Shown: piece by piece, positions 39,673-51,273 of the stretch
How the letters are laid out: every line of letters starts with the position of its first letter
Position numbering within the stretch: the first letter of the stretch is position 1
Assembly: GCA_973895155.1 (NCBI GenBank)
Contig: OZ316891.1
Location: forward strand, 6,419,708-6,483,707
Length of the DNA stretch: 64,000 nt
From: Marsupella aquatica
Taxonomy: Eukaryota > Plantae > Marchantiophyta
Reading direction: 5' to 3'
The notes under the pieces: model-generated
Databases searched by the model: none
The model's input: the letters and a program-made list of their open reading frames with translations, nothing else
Told to the model about the DNA's origin: nothing
Translations under genes and position numbers: made by a program

Positions 39673-42600
39673 AGAGTAATAAAAAAGATTAGGTGCATCT
39701 TCACCTTCAAGTAAAGGATGAAGCTTGGCCCACACATGATCTTGCTTCTTATGTGATCGAGCTACTTTCAAGCCCTCTGGTCCACATTCTAATCCAGCAA
39801 GACGATTCAACCCAACAACACTATCTAACAAAGAGCCAAAGTCATAATTCCTCTCATGGCCACTCATTCCACCTACCTTGCTGAAAAAGATCTCACAACA
39901 ATCAGAACCCAACTCATGAAATGGAATACACAAGTGAGAAAATTTATCACGAAATGCACATACAAGCAACACAATGAATTGGCAAGACATATTAACATCA
40001 TGAAAAGCTTGGATTGAAATCATATTTTTCTTTGTATGTGAAGCAACATTTCCACCTACAGCATGATCACCATACCTTAACCACAACCTCCACAATCGAA
40101 AGAACCAAGAAACTTTGCCTGCCAGTTTCACTCTAGTCCTCAGATCATGTCTCTGGGAGTAGAAAATGTCAATATAATCTGCACAGATCTGCAGATACAA
40201 CTCTGTCCCCAAGCTTCGTTCATACAACATATCAGTTCTTGCATGTAGATCTGTTAAACATTCACGCACCTTGTCTGATGCTATCTTCTGAGGACCAGCC
40301 CAATTCTGACGGTCAGATCTGTTTACATCATCCCAATTCAATCCATGTTGATGAATTGGGTAATGATTGTATACATTACAAACATGAAATAGAGAAGCAT
40401 GTTGGTCTCCAAGTGCCATTATTGAGGACACTCGATCTAGTGGGTTAATCAATTTTTTCCCATTGTGAGGTTGGTCTTGATCACCAAAACCATAGAGGTC
40501 CCCATTAGGCAATATGGCAACTGAGTAAGGCCATCCTTCCCACCCTAAAGAAAATCTAGGGTAAATGCCATTTGCTCCTCTGTAGTCTTCTAACATCAAT
40601 TTTTTGCGTCTTGCATCACCATCACTAGCATGCCCAAGCAAAGGACCTACAGAGTCTCTGCAATGCACATCCCAAGATTCCTTCAATTGCACCCAATGCT
40701 CTCGAACCCATTCTGCCTTGAATTTGTTACATGTTGAAATAGCATAGAGGGCCAACTTTGGCATTCCAACATGCAATGGATTCACAATGACAACTCTAGC
40801 ATACATGCCCTTGTTAAAATCCTCAAATGTATTTACAATCTTGTTATAACCATCCTCACCGTCACCTACAAGAATTTCTAATCCAAATTCACAGGTGTGC
40901 CCATCCTTATGGCCACAGAAACCAATCAGAGTGTCATATTTGGCCTCCCACCTGCACAGAGCCCAATGAGAACCAAGTCAGATTCAAAGAATTGGTTCAA
41001 AACTACATGCATCACAAATAGTCTTCACCTCCAATCACATCATTATGTGCTATTGCAATTGACGTACCGTGGGCTTTCCTTGATCCTGGTTTCATCCTCC
41101 GCAAACATGACAGGCACATCCCCTACAATCCCCAACATCTCCTTTGTAGCAGACAAAATTCGAGCCACCTCCTTGAATGTTTCTGGCCTAATCCCAACAC
41201 GAAATTGCACAAATTTTGCTCTGTCTCGTTTTAGTGTCTTCAGGCTTGGCCCAGATAAGTTTCTTGCAAAAACATGTGCCACCTGCCGGCCTCCATATTG
41301 AAACATAGCCTGAGCAATGGCTTTTGTTTTTTGACTGTAGCGAAACCCCCTTGCACTTCTCTCCAAATTTCTACCTACATCCTTCAAGAAATCCCAAACA
41401 CCTTCTTTTCCACCAAATGCACCATTCCTATGACCATTGACAATACTCCTTAAAAAAAGTCTCAAATCTTTTCTGTCTGCAGCTACTCCTAACAGTTCTT
41501 GCAATTTTCTCTTCCTAGTACTCAGGGCACACACTTTCTGAGTCTGTAGTGCCAACAACCATCTCTCCTTTCTTCTCTTGATATTCAGGCCATGCATCTG
41601 TGTACTCAACTCTGGACGTGTCAAATAACGTGCATTCAAACCATCCTCTGTGCTTCTTTCCCCTCTCTTTGCTAAAGCCTCCGCTTCCCTGTGCACCCGT
41701 CCACGAAAGTCATCTTCTAGTGTTATAGCATGACACCTACTGCAAGTTAGGTTCAGAAAAACCCCCACCATACAAGGACAACCTACAACAATCTTTATGC
41801 CTAAATAATCCTTCTATATGTACAGTAGAATTTGTGTTAGGATTGTAGACATGAACAGAGATTGTAGCATCCATATTCCAGACATGTCCTCCCTGCTGAT
41901 CATGCAAGATACCCTTCACAGCATACTTCACATTCTTCCACTCTACATATTCATCCCATATTCCCCAACAGAGCAAACTTAAGCCCACATCAATGTCTCT
42001 AGACCCACCTGTGCCAGAGCTGCTGCTTGCATTGGAAGCATCCTCCTTGAAGAATTTTAAGATTGAATTCTGTGAAGGATGTTGATCCCTCTCATCTGGC
42101 TTCCTTGGTCTTCCCCTCTTTCCAGATCTCAATGCAAGTTCAGCAGTATTCTCTCTGGCTTCAACTACATCCAGGTGACCTCGACTGACCAAGTGTGTCC
42201 TCAAGTTGTGATCCAAAGTCCCTTTCTTACAAACCAAATCCATGATTGCCCCACAGACTTTGCAACGAACCTTATAAAGGAACCACTTGTTTGCATTATT
42301 GGCTGGACCAGGCACAGGGGGCACATGAAATAACCATCATCACCTCCACATTCAACATTCAGATTCTGGACTATCTCTAGGCCAGTTGCTATGGCACCCT
42401 CATAGTCAAACTCAAGCTTCTGTGCAAGATCAGAGGGCTTCACCCCAGTCATAGCAATACCCCTTCTCCTACAGTAATTGTCTTTGTGTTTAGCAAAGGC
42501 AAGGTGCTTGGTCTTAAAATTGCTGAACAAATTAGCAATTGACTTCTTATCTTGGGAATTATCTGCCCTCCCATAGACCACTCTACACTCAAGACACTCC

Positions 42601-43466
42601 AAATGGCCTCTCACATCCTGTCCTTCATCCCATGTTCGAACTCTCCAATTATGATTTTTATAGCCATTCTTCTGAATCCACTTCTCCAGTCTTGTAAATT
42701 CATCATTCCAGACTTTGACAGCCACCTTAGACATCAGAATAGACTCAAAAGAAGCTCTCACAGGGGGAGCTTCTTGAAGCTGTTCACCCTGGGAAGAGTC
42801 CACTGCAACCGATTGGGTGACAGCAGCGGAAACTGATGGGAACCCTGTCCTAGCAGAAGGTAGGGATCCAATTTGTTCAATGACAACAACTTTCCCATCC
42901 AATTCACACAACTCAGTCATTTTCTCACTGTTGACCTTCATGCGACCAGGAAGCCTATAATCCCAGAAATCAAAATCAAAATCAACCAATTCAGGAATTC
43001 GACTTCAAAAATCAGCTAAGGTTTGTCCTTCTTTGAAGGCCAACACAACTATAGGTTCTTCATCTTTCCCGTCAGTCACCCCATCCCTTTTTTTGTGCAA
43101 TAGCTTCACAAACTGGGTAGCCATTTCAATCAACTGGTTCAAGTAAGTTAAAGCATCAAGGGTTCTAAATACAATCACAGACACATATTGAACCTGCCAT
43201 ACATAATGAACCTGCCATCCAGCACAATAAACAACACAATATGAATCAAATTAGAGACTGCTCAAAAAACCTTTTCATAACCACATTTAAAGACCAACAC
43301 AAACAATTCTTGTTGGTTATTGTTCACATGTGATTAGCCCAGTGAAGAAGTTTGCTTTGTACTATCAATTTCACAAACTCTAAGACGTATGAGGCTGAAC
43401 AGGGACCAAGTTGCCCTCAGATATTGCATGCCTATGACAGTAAATGAAACGCCACCCTTCCACATC

Positions 43467-44045
43467 CTAGTGGTCCCTGCCCTTCACACACCTCCTGAGG
43501 TGTTTCACTCCCCCAGAGGTCTCATCATGACACCAACTTCGAGGGCACCTGCGACACTGTACAAAGTCCTTAATCCCATCCTTGTAGACTTTATAGTACT
43601 CACAAAAATGCCTTGGGCATATTAGGGTTTTTGGATTGGTTGGATGAGACCTCTGAGGCAGTGCCCCAACCATAAGTAGCACCCTAAGGCAGCTAGGGTG
43701 ATAATGAGAAAAGCAATTCGGGTGGGCACAATGGAGCACAAGAGATTCCTGTGCAGTGGGATGTTCGAATCTTCCAATGAGTCCACAAGCAAAGCATCTA
43801 GCTCTGCCGGCAGCACACAATTGACAAACCCAGGGTGCCCTCCAGTCATTGTTCTCAGGCAATGTGACAGGAGTGCAAATGGGCCCCTGCATACCTTTTC
43901 CACCAACAAAGTGAAAATGTCTACTACAAGGCCCATCACAGAATACCACATCATCTGTCTCATCACAAAAGAAACAACAAGGGGGATCCATGCGGTGGTG
44001 CTCCTTATGGGAAAATATATCAATCCTTGGCACATCAGAAGCCAT
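43467..44045 (-). CDS. Transposon-borne stand-alone PHD-finger protein (EDM2/NSD-like tandem PHDs, ~192 aa)
   Basis: CFFCDETDDVVFCDGPCSRHFH...C...WVCQLC, RCFACG...HCAHPNCFSHYHPSC, LICPRHFC...VQCRRCPRSWCH; first in-frame ATG at 44045. Confidence 0.8.
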   Translation of the reverse strand: MASDVPRIDIFSHKEHHRMDPPCCFFCDETDDVVFCDGPCSRHFHFVGGKGMQGPICTPVTLPENNDWRAPWVCQLCAAGRARCFACGLIGRFEHPTAQESLVLHCAHPNCFSHYHPSCLRVLLMVGALPQRSHPTNPKTLICPRHFCEYYKVYKDGIKDFVQCRRCPRSWCHDETSGGVKHLRRCVKGRDH

Positions 44046-45949
44046 CTCGGCTTGCCAGATAGTGAGTTTACCTCTGCACAACAGATCATTCACTTAGAAT
44101 CCGTTTTCAGCCCCTCAACATTCAACAGTAACTTGGTAGTTATTGGTCAAACAACACATACTTAACATTTAAGCATACCTTTAATGCCTTATCAAGCAAG
44201 AGATGTAGCAAATGTTGTTTGAGGTCTGCTCCTTCCACAGTTTTTTGGATCTGAACTATGGTATATTGCTGAAGCTTCTGAGATGCCTTCACTATGCCCT
44301 AAACCTATCAGGAAACCAACCCATCCTGCAAGAACAGTTGAGAGCATGTACTAATTTATCAAAAACCTGACTGATTTCAAAGAGATAACCTGCATGCGGC
44401 CAAGTTCATTCTTGGTAGAAATTGAGTCCCTTGTAGAGCACAAACCTGCTTAGATAGGAGACTAAATAGAGAAGGAGGAAAGGCAATTGAACCCCTACCA
44501 TGAAACATCCAATAAGACCAAAAACAAAAGAAGAATCTGAATGAAATTCAAGCTGAGCTCACTAGAATTTAGCATACCTTGGCAAATACTGGTTCGAGTT
44601 TATAGACTTTAGACAGCTCCTTGACAACCTGCCGTGTAATCTTCTTTGACAAACTGCACAACACAATGGCAGATGAATGTCAATCAAAGCTTTCTTTTTT
44701 TTGACTGATTTTATCTTGAAACATACAAACACAATGTCAGAATCATAGGATCACAAAAGCAAATCAATTCACCATTCATAAAACAAACTAATAAGCAGAG
44801 CAATCATTACAAAGCTTCCAAGAGTACTCAGTATTCAACATTGTTCGAGACTTAGTAGACAGCCTCAAGTGACTTCGACAGCAGATTGAACTCCAGCAAC
44901 AAGTTCTCCAGCCTCGAGTGAACTTCAGCTCAGATTGAACTCCATCCTCAAGTGACTTTGACAGCAGCAAGTTTCTAATCTGAGCGAGAATCTAAGACAT
45001 CTGAGGCAGGATTTGAGGCTTAACCAATGTGCATATTTATAAGTTGAATTGACATAACTGATAATAATTTGATTGGGCCTGTCTACTGTAATTATTTGGC
45101 ATTATGTTGATACATTGGAGCTACTTGAAACTGAAGAGACAAAGCCAAGATGGGTGCATGCTGCCAACCGAGGATGCTTCTGCCAACTAAGGACTTCTTT
45201 GGATGGAGCTAGTGAGCATCGAGAGGAAGCAATGAAGACAAACCTGGCTGCCCAACTGCTAGCTACACAGAAGCTGACTCTGAAGATTGAAGACTACTGA
45301 CTGAAGACAATTATAAAGAACTGAATCTTGATTTACTATAGTGATGCTACACTGGATCCTCGGTATCGTTCACTTAGTTACTACTACATTGATAGACTCA
45401 AGGTGCTACGCCTACTCTATCGGGAGTAAGCTCAAGATCGATGAGCTTTCCTGTTGGACAGCTGCCACTTTAAACCTTTAAAGTGGGGCAAAAAGGCAGC
45501 AACTAAATTAAAGCTGAAAGATAGATCGACAGAAAACATATTTGATAGACCTTGACGAGTGCAAGTGGAGCTAGATAGCGAAGGAAAAAGTAACAACACA
45601 GTTATCTCGCAACTCAAAAGCACCAAGATTGAGATAGAGAACTTCACCAAAAGTAGCTGTAGCAGATGAAGCACACCCAACCAAGCTTGATCAGCTCACA
45701 ATGAGCACTCGCGCCCAACCTTGGTTCACCTTGAACTCTCTATTGCAGCCCACAATGCAGCTCGCAACTTAGCACACCCAATCACAATATGACAATAGCA
45801 GCAATGGAGGCAGAACGCATGCAGCAATGCAGGCAGCAACGCCCGGTTTGAACTTGCCCAATCAATAGCCTCGCCAAATCATTGATAGCAACAACTCCTT
45901 CCAAATTAACTCGCCCCCAATCACAACCTTCCCCAATCAGAGAAGCAAT

Positions 45950-46260
45950 CTACGCCTCAATCAGAGCAGCAATATTAGCGCCTCAATCATAGCGCCTCAA
46001 TCGTAGCAGCAATCGCAGTGCAGCACCTCAAGCCACAATCGCCATAGCAATCGTAGCGTAGCACCTCAAGCCTCAATCGCAACTAGCACCTCAATCATAG
46101 CAGCGCAGCACCTCAAGCCTCAATCGATCAGCACCTCAATCACAGTAGCGCAGCACCTCAAGCCTCAATCGATCAGCACCTCAAGCCTCAATCGATCAAC
46201 AGCGCCTCAATCGATCAGCATTGTAGCAGTGCAGTGCCTCAATCGATCAGCATTGCAGCA
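45950..46260. repeat. Subterminal degenerate minisatellite (cagcacctcaagcctcaatcg-like) inside the DNA transposon
   Basis: More than 10 cctcaa(g/t)c units visible. Confidence 0.85.
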
Positions 46261-48402
46261 GCACAGCCCCTGCATCGCAGCCCCCGGCCCACTTCAAAGC
46301 TTTTTCTTTGTAAAAATGTCGATGCAACACCCAGCCCCCGATCCCCAAATTTTCCTTCACAAGCGCATTCGAATCATGTTCCCTAACCAGCCATCGCAAA
46401 CTACAACCGATGGATGGCCCAACAAATGGATGGATGGATGGCTGCCCAATTTTACCCTAAACTTGGTGTTGGACGGCTACGACAACTAGTAACAAGAAAC
46501 GGTCCCTTCCATGGACCCGAGCGACCAAATGTATGGCCCCATGATTTCACCCAAACGGCTCTAACTAGGATCGACGGACCTAAGTGACCCTTGAGTGGCT
46601 ACCCTAACCCTTGCTCTCCCCCCCTCCCTGTCCACCTCCCGCTCACACAAACAATTTGAAATTTTCCCTCAAAACTCTATGAAACCCACATGTTGCCCCT
46701 AAACCATGTTTATGCAAGGGAGTGCCACGTGGACCAATTAAAGGTTGACGCGTATCACTAGTATATTTTCTTTCCCAAGATACCCTATCTTAAACGTACA
46801 ACTTATATTGAAGAATTGAGTTTTTACCCATCCCTACCAAACTTCTAAGTTGCACTATTTATTTTTATACCCCTAAAGTTCTTCAACAAAACTTCTTAAG
46901 TCTTCCGCGACATCGAATTAAAAAACCCTATACTTAGTCACGCGTGATGGGTCGGAAGGAAATAAGTGAGGACCCCGGGGATGAAGATAAAACATTGCTT
47001 CTTCTCAACTCCTTATTCCCATTGTATCAGGGTTTGAAGCAAGTTCTCTTGTATAGAGACCTGAAAACTATTTCATATGATGAGGTGGTCAACTCTTTGC
47101 TGTCAGATGATGCACAAAAGAAATTGGGTCATGCCCAGACACCATCTTCATCTGGGACTACGTTGAATGTGAACCATGGGAGGACTCAATAGCGGATGAC
47201 TGAGAAAACATGTATTTTTCACAATCATACCCTTCACAAAATAGAGGCAAGTTGAGGTTAGGTTAGTTGTGTGTGACCTTGCATATACAAGGGCTAGTAT
47301 AAGCGGCTGGTATGTGGTGCTTGCTCATTGGAACGGAAAAACTTGAGGAAGAGAGAGAGCTTGCGTGTTCTACTACTCTGAAGTAAAGTTGACATGTTCG
47401 AGTGGACATAGCCTTTCAGAAGAGGTAAACCACGTATGGATTGTGTCGACTACGTGAGCATGGTATGAGTCATGATCATATCGTCATGAAGGAAGACGTC
47501 ATAGTTCAACAATTACACCCAATCAATAATGTGCACCTGAAATGTTGGATATTATAAATAACATTGACATTAAAGATATATACATCTTAATGCAAATTGA
47601 AGGACAACATCCAAAAAGCTTGTCAATTTGATATGCATTTCTTACACTTAGGGTTCACTGATGTACATCAATCCTCCGACTTCCATGGAAAGAGAAAATC
47701 TCCTTCCTTTCAACTATGAATTCATTATGAGAATCAATTCATTACCATGTACGTTTGACAATTCATGTCTTTCTCACAGTCAAAAGTCTCACAGCCAAAA
47801 TAGGCTGAAAATCCTAATAATACAAATGATGCACCTTAATTAGGCACATTGAAAATAAGAATACACAAAAAAAGTTTGAGTAAGATAAAATATTGATGAA
47901 AGGTGAATGGGGTATTTACAAACGACATAAAACAGTAACTAGTAACAGGAAAGTGGGTGATAATTTGTAACTTGGATTTTTTTTGGATTTTTTTTTGGTG
48001 AACAAAGTTTTTTTTGTTGGGTTAATTATCATCATATTGTTAGCGCCTGGAGCTAACAATAGCAGCGCCTGGAGCTAACAATAGCAGCGCTTGGCGCTCG
48101 CAAAAAAAGTCATAAGTTTAATTATTTTGATAAATAAGACTTTAAATAGTATATTTTTAGATCATCTTTTTTACTGGTGATAGTAAAATTTTCCTAGTAA
48201 TAGAAAACTTTTTGCTGGTACCAGCAAACCTGTTTGCTATGGTGATGCCTAGGTGAATTAGCCATTATAGTAGTATCAAAACCAAAATAAACTATATACA
48301 ATGTTCCCATTGAGACTCTCACTTGGAACATTCACTTGAGACAAGATGACATTTCACTGAGTGTCATAAAATCATGTTCATACCTTACTGGTGTTGTTGC
48401 TG

Positions 48403-51273
48403 TTCTCCGTCACTCTTGTTTCCCACCGGTACCCTGAATTGGGAAAGTTAGGTAGGCTGACCACCCAATGTAGAGGCTGCCAAATTTTCTAAGAGTGGTG
48501 GTCACCTGTACTATTTAGGCTGTCAAAGACTCCCCTCAAAGATATTGAGGGTGCAAACATGGCCCACAAGCCATTCCTAGTTCTGCTAGATCATAAACTA
48601 AGGACAGCAGTAGCGTCAACCATGCTAATGTGACTGGACATAAATCTAAAAGAGACTTGACTTAGAGGAGGAAAAGTAACCCAAATAGTTTAAGGGTAGA
48701 TGCCATGGCCCCCCCAAAAATATTTCATCTGCAATACTTTCAATACCAATAACACAACGAGTAGTTTTACGTTGTAGCTGTTGGGCAGCTTCTACATCCG
48801 CCCTAGCTCCAACTTCATCCTTCATTAAATATTTGATGTAGCCTCTATGCTGGAGGATAGTAAAATCAAGTTTGTTTTCTTGCCCGAGGTCTTGCCTCAG
48901 TTGATAAGCTGCATCCAAGTCATCAAGCGCCCCTGATAAATCTCTGCATAGCCTCCGTACAATTCCTCTCCATGTCAAGTATAGACAGAGGTTAGACTGC
49001 TGCCCGCACATCTCAGCTCTCCGTCTTAAGTATATTGGGAGGTTAGATTGCTGGGTCCTCGTGATCTCAACTTCCCCATCTGCACCCAATAAGGCGTTTG
49101 TGTAATCCCCCAACATAGCTTCAAGAAATATCCATGCCCACCTGCCGACACAGGTCGATGTGTCAATTGACCTGTGGAACTGCATAAGACATCTTAATAT
49201 GGAAGCGGAGGGGACATAGACCTCCAAATAACTTGAGTTCCTTCTCACACACCACTTTGACAAGCTTGTGTATAGTGAAGCCCTCTCACAAGGGCATTTT
49301 TGTGGATAATGCCTGTCTTACGTTGATTCTAAAGGACAGGACCTCAGGGCAGGACCTCAAGGCTGCAAAGTTTGCAGCCCTTGCCCCTGGTTCTCCACCT
49401 TTGCATGCCATAAGACCTGCCTGAATAGCAGGTTCTTCCACAAAATTCTCAGTTAGTATGTTATTGCCATCTTTGGAGTGGAGGGCAGGAAAACTAAGGG
49501 CCTCACACATACAAGAGAGCCCTAAGGGCCGTCTTGCATGTAGACGGTCCTAAAAACTCTGCCCTTTACTTAATGTCTCTCGGGCTATGAGTGAGCCAAG
49601 CTTCCCCCCTCACCATGCAGTCCTCACGGGTTTAGGGTGCAAGGAGTTTGAAGGGCAAGGGCCAGAAAGTTTCCTGCCCTTCAGAGTCCCAACTTTTGAT
49701 ATATGAATAAGACAATATATTGCCCTAGAAAGAAGGAAAGAAAGGGACAAAGAAGGACAGGCGGGTGAGTGGGAAGGGCACACATCTTGAAGTAGCAGAT
49801 TATGTGAGGATTTGAGATGACCTTTTGGATTATGTGAGGATTTGAGATGACCTTTTTGGCCGACAATTTAGGAGTCATAAGGGCCCCATTTTTTTTAAGA
49901 CGATGGCACTTGCAGGACAGCCTTAAGGACCTCACACATAAATCTAAATAGAAGATTACACTTTGGGAACACAAGCCATTTCTCTTTGCACACAAGGCAA
50001 GCTCAAAGGTACACAATCCAAGCAGTTTCGTACCTCAACATTTCTGCAGCATAATCGGCGTACAACGAATAATAACTGAACGTCATCACCACTAAGTTCA
50101 TTCCCACTAAAACGACCCTATCCGGAGTCGGGATCTGGTCAAAATGCAGTAGAGCGAGTTCCAAGTTTTCAAGAGCCTCCTCGTACGCTCCCATATGAAA
50201 ATGAACTTCAAATCGAGTCCAATATATTCCGAAGCATTCGCACGCTCCCATCGCTGGAGAAGAAGATACTGCTTGTAGTTGTTTCAGAGTTGGTACGTCT
50301 CTCAATCTTGGGTTTGTTGAAGCGTAGCAGAGCCTTGTAAGCGCCATAGTAGAATTAAAGGGCCACACCCAAGGGTAATCATTGCTTGTATTAATCTCGA
50401 TAAGTTGCAAGAATAGCAAACCTTCCTCAAGCCCAGGCAATGAAGCAATGGAATGTCTCAGCTCCTTGTCCCGTGCTAGCTGATCCAGTATTCCGGCAGC
50501 TCTAGAAGCTCGATCCGTCAATTCTGTCCGATGCTTCTCGCTTTGAGTGCCCTGCCATGTTTCCTTGAGTCGAGCCAGGATATTTCCAAGGCCACGTAAT
50601 GAACCGCTCTGGATGGTACGAAATTTGATCCTGTTCTCTTCCACGGATGCCAGATCACGCAATATGTATCCTGCCAATTTGCGGAGTAATAGACGTTCCA
50701 GCTCAGTGGATGCAACCTGTGAGGGTGTCACTGTTGTGAGGAACAAATTGAAGAGCTCATTTGTGACTCAAATTCATCTTTTGTGAGCTCATTTGTGACT
50801 CAAATTCATCATTTGTGACTCAAATGATTTGTGACTCAAATTGTGACTCAAATTCATCTGTGATAAGAGTTCCGGCCATGCGAAGCTATTATGGAATAAT
50901 GGACTTCGACCAGAGCCCAACTATGAAGTGAGATTGTGACTCAAATGATGTGCGTCTCTGCGGCAGACGAGAGGATACCACACTATCTATACATGCAAAC
51001 TAGTTAATCAACCATGGGTTCCTATGCGACGAGCAATAGTTTGCTAAATTATGGTCATACATGCTCTCCTGTGCGAATGCGAGGAATTAGAGAGTGTGGT
51101 GTCGATCTTAGAGGCTCGATCTGGGCATGTGGCCGTTGCACAAAGTCGCTTGCCCGCGTTGGGGGAGACTCCAACGCGCTAAGTGGGGTACCATAGCCGT
51201 GTTTGCCGCGACACTTTGACTACTGGAGCCACGCGGAACATTCGGTCCATGAGGAATTGGTCGACAAGTCAAC
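48403..51273 (-). pseudogene. Internally deleted tandem copy of the NB-ARC-ARM/TPR gene (upstream fragment fused to the 3' exons)
   Basis: 48403-50757 aligns with 53409-56656; ~50851-51273 aligns with 60056-60490; last exon 49312-48646 is open; no in-frame ATG at the junction. Confidence 0.85.

Larger units (their letters stand above)
35207..43124 (-). pseudogene. Large DDE transposase with P-element-like motifs, disrupted (two frameshifts, two stops, LINE insertion)
   Basis: ATG at 43124; joined ORFs 42201..42989, 41737..42324, 41043..41771, then intron 41067-40952, then 39649..40806 and 35414..36346, reading through the TAG to 35207. Motifs in order: FAEDETRIK, HASDGDARR, DQPHNGKKLIN, DRQNWAGPQKI, GTELYLQICADYIDIF, SDCCEIFFSKVGG. 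Confidence 0.75.
34596..46979 (-). mobile_element. 12.4-kb cut-and-paste DNA transposon, P-superfamily-like (~9 kb without the LINE)
   Basis: Exact 8-bp TSD GATGAAGA (34588-34595, 46980-46987); imperfect short TIRs ctcggggcctcagtat versus reverse complement cccggggtcctcactt; internal transposase and PHD genes. Confidence 0.85.
34135..47192 (+). pseudogene. Copia gag (UBN2-type) pseudogene in two halves: 34135-34595 and 46988-47192
   Basis: Removing 34596-46987 restores LSNLGKGVEDED-KTLLLLNSLFPLYQGLKQVLLY; frameshifts are present in the 5' half. Confidence 0.85.
31923..47511 (+). mobile_element. Ty1/copia LTR retrotransposon remnant (pol deleted) hosting nested insertions
   Basis: 5' LTR 31923-32260 (TGTT...AACA); PBS TGGTATCAGAGC; 3' LTR ~47251-47511 lacking its first ~70 bp; flanks ATTAT/ATTAC; gag remnants KFEVEKYDGRTDYLLW and DEDKTLLLLNSL. 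Confidence 0.9.

Noticed and set aside
44842-45460. Candidate solo LTR inside the DNA transposon (TGTT...GACA)
   Set aside because: Flanks AACAT and GCTGC do not form a TSD.
48042-48098. 22-bp tandem duplication agcgcctggagctaacaatagc
   Set aside because: Only ~2.5 units; an ordinary local duplication.
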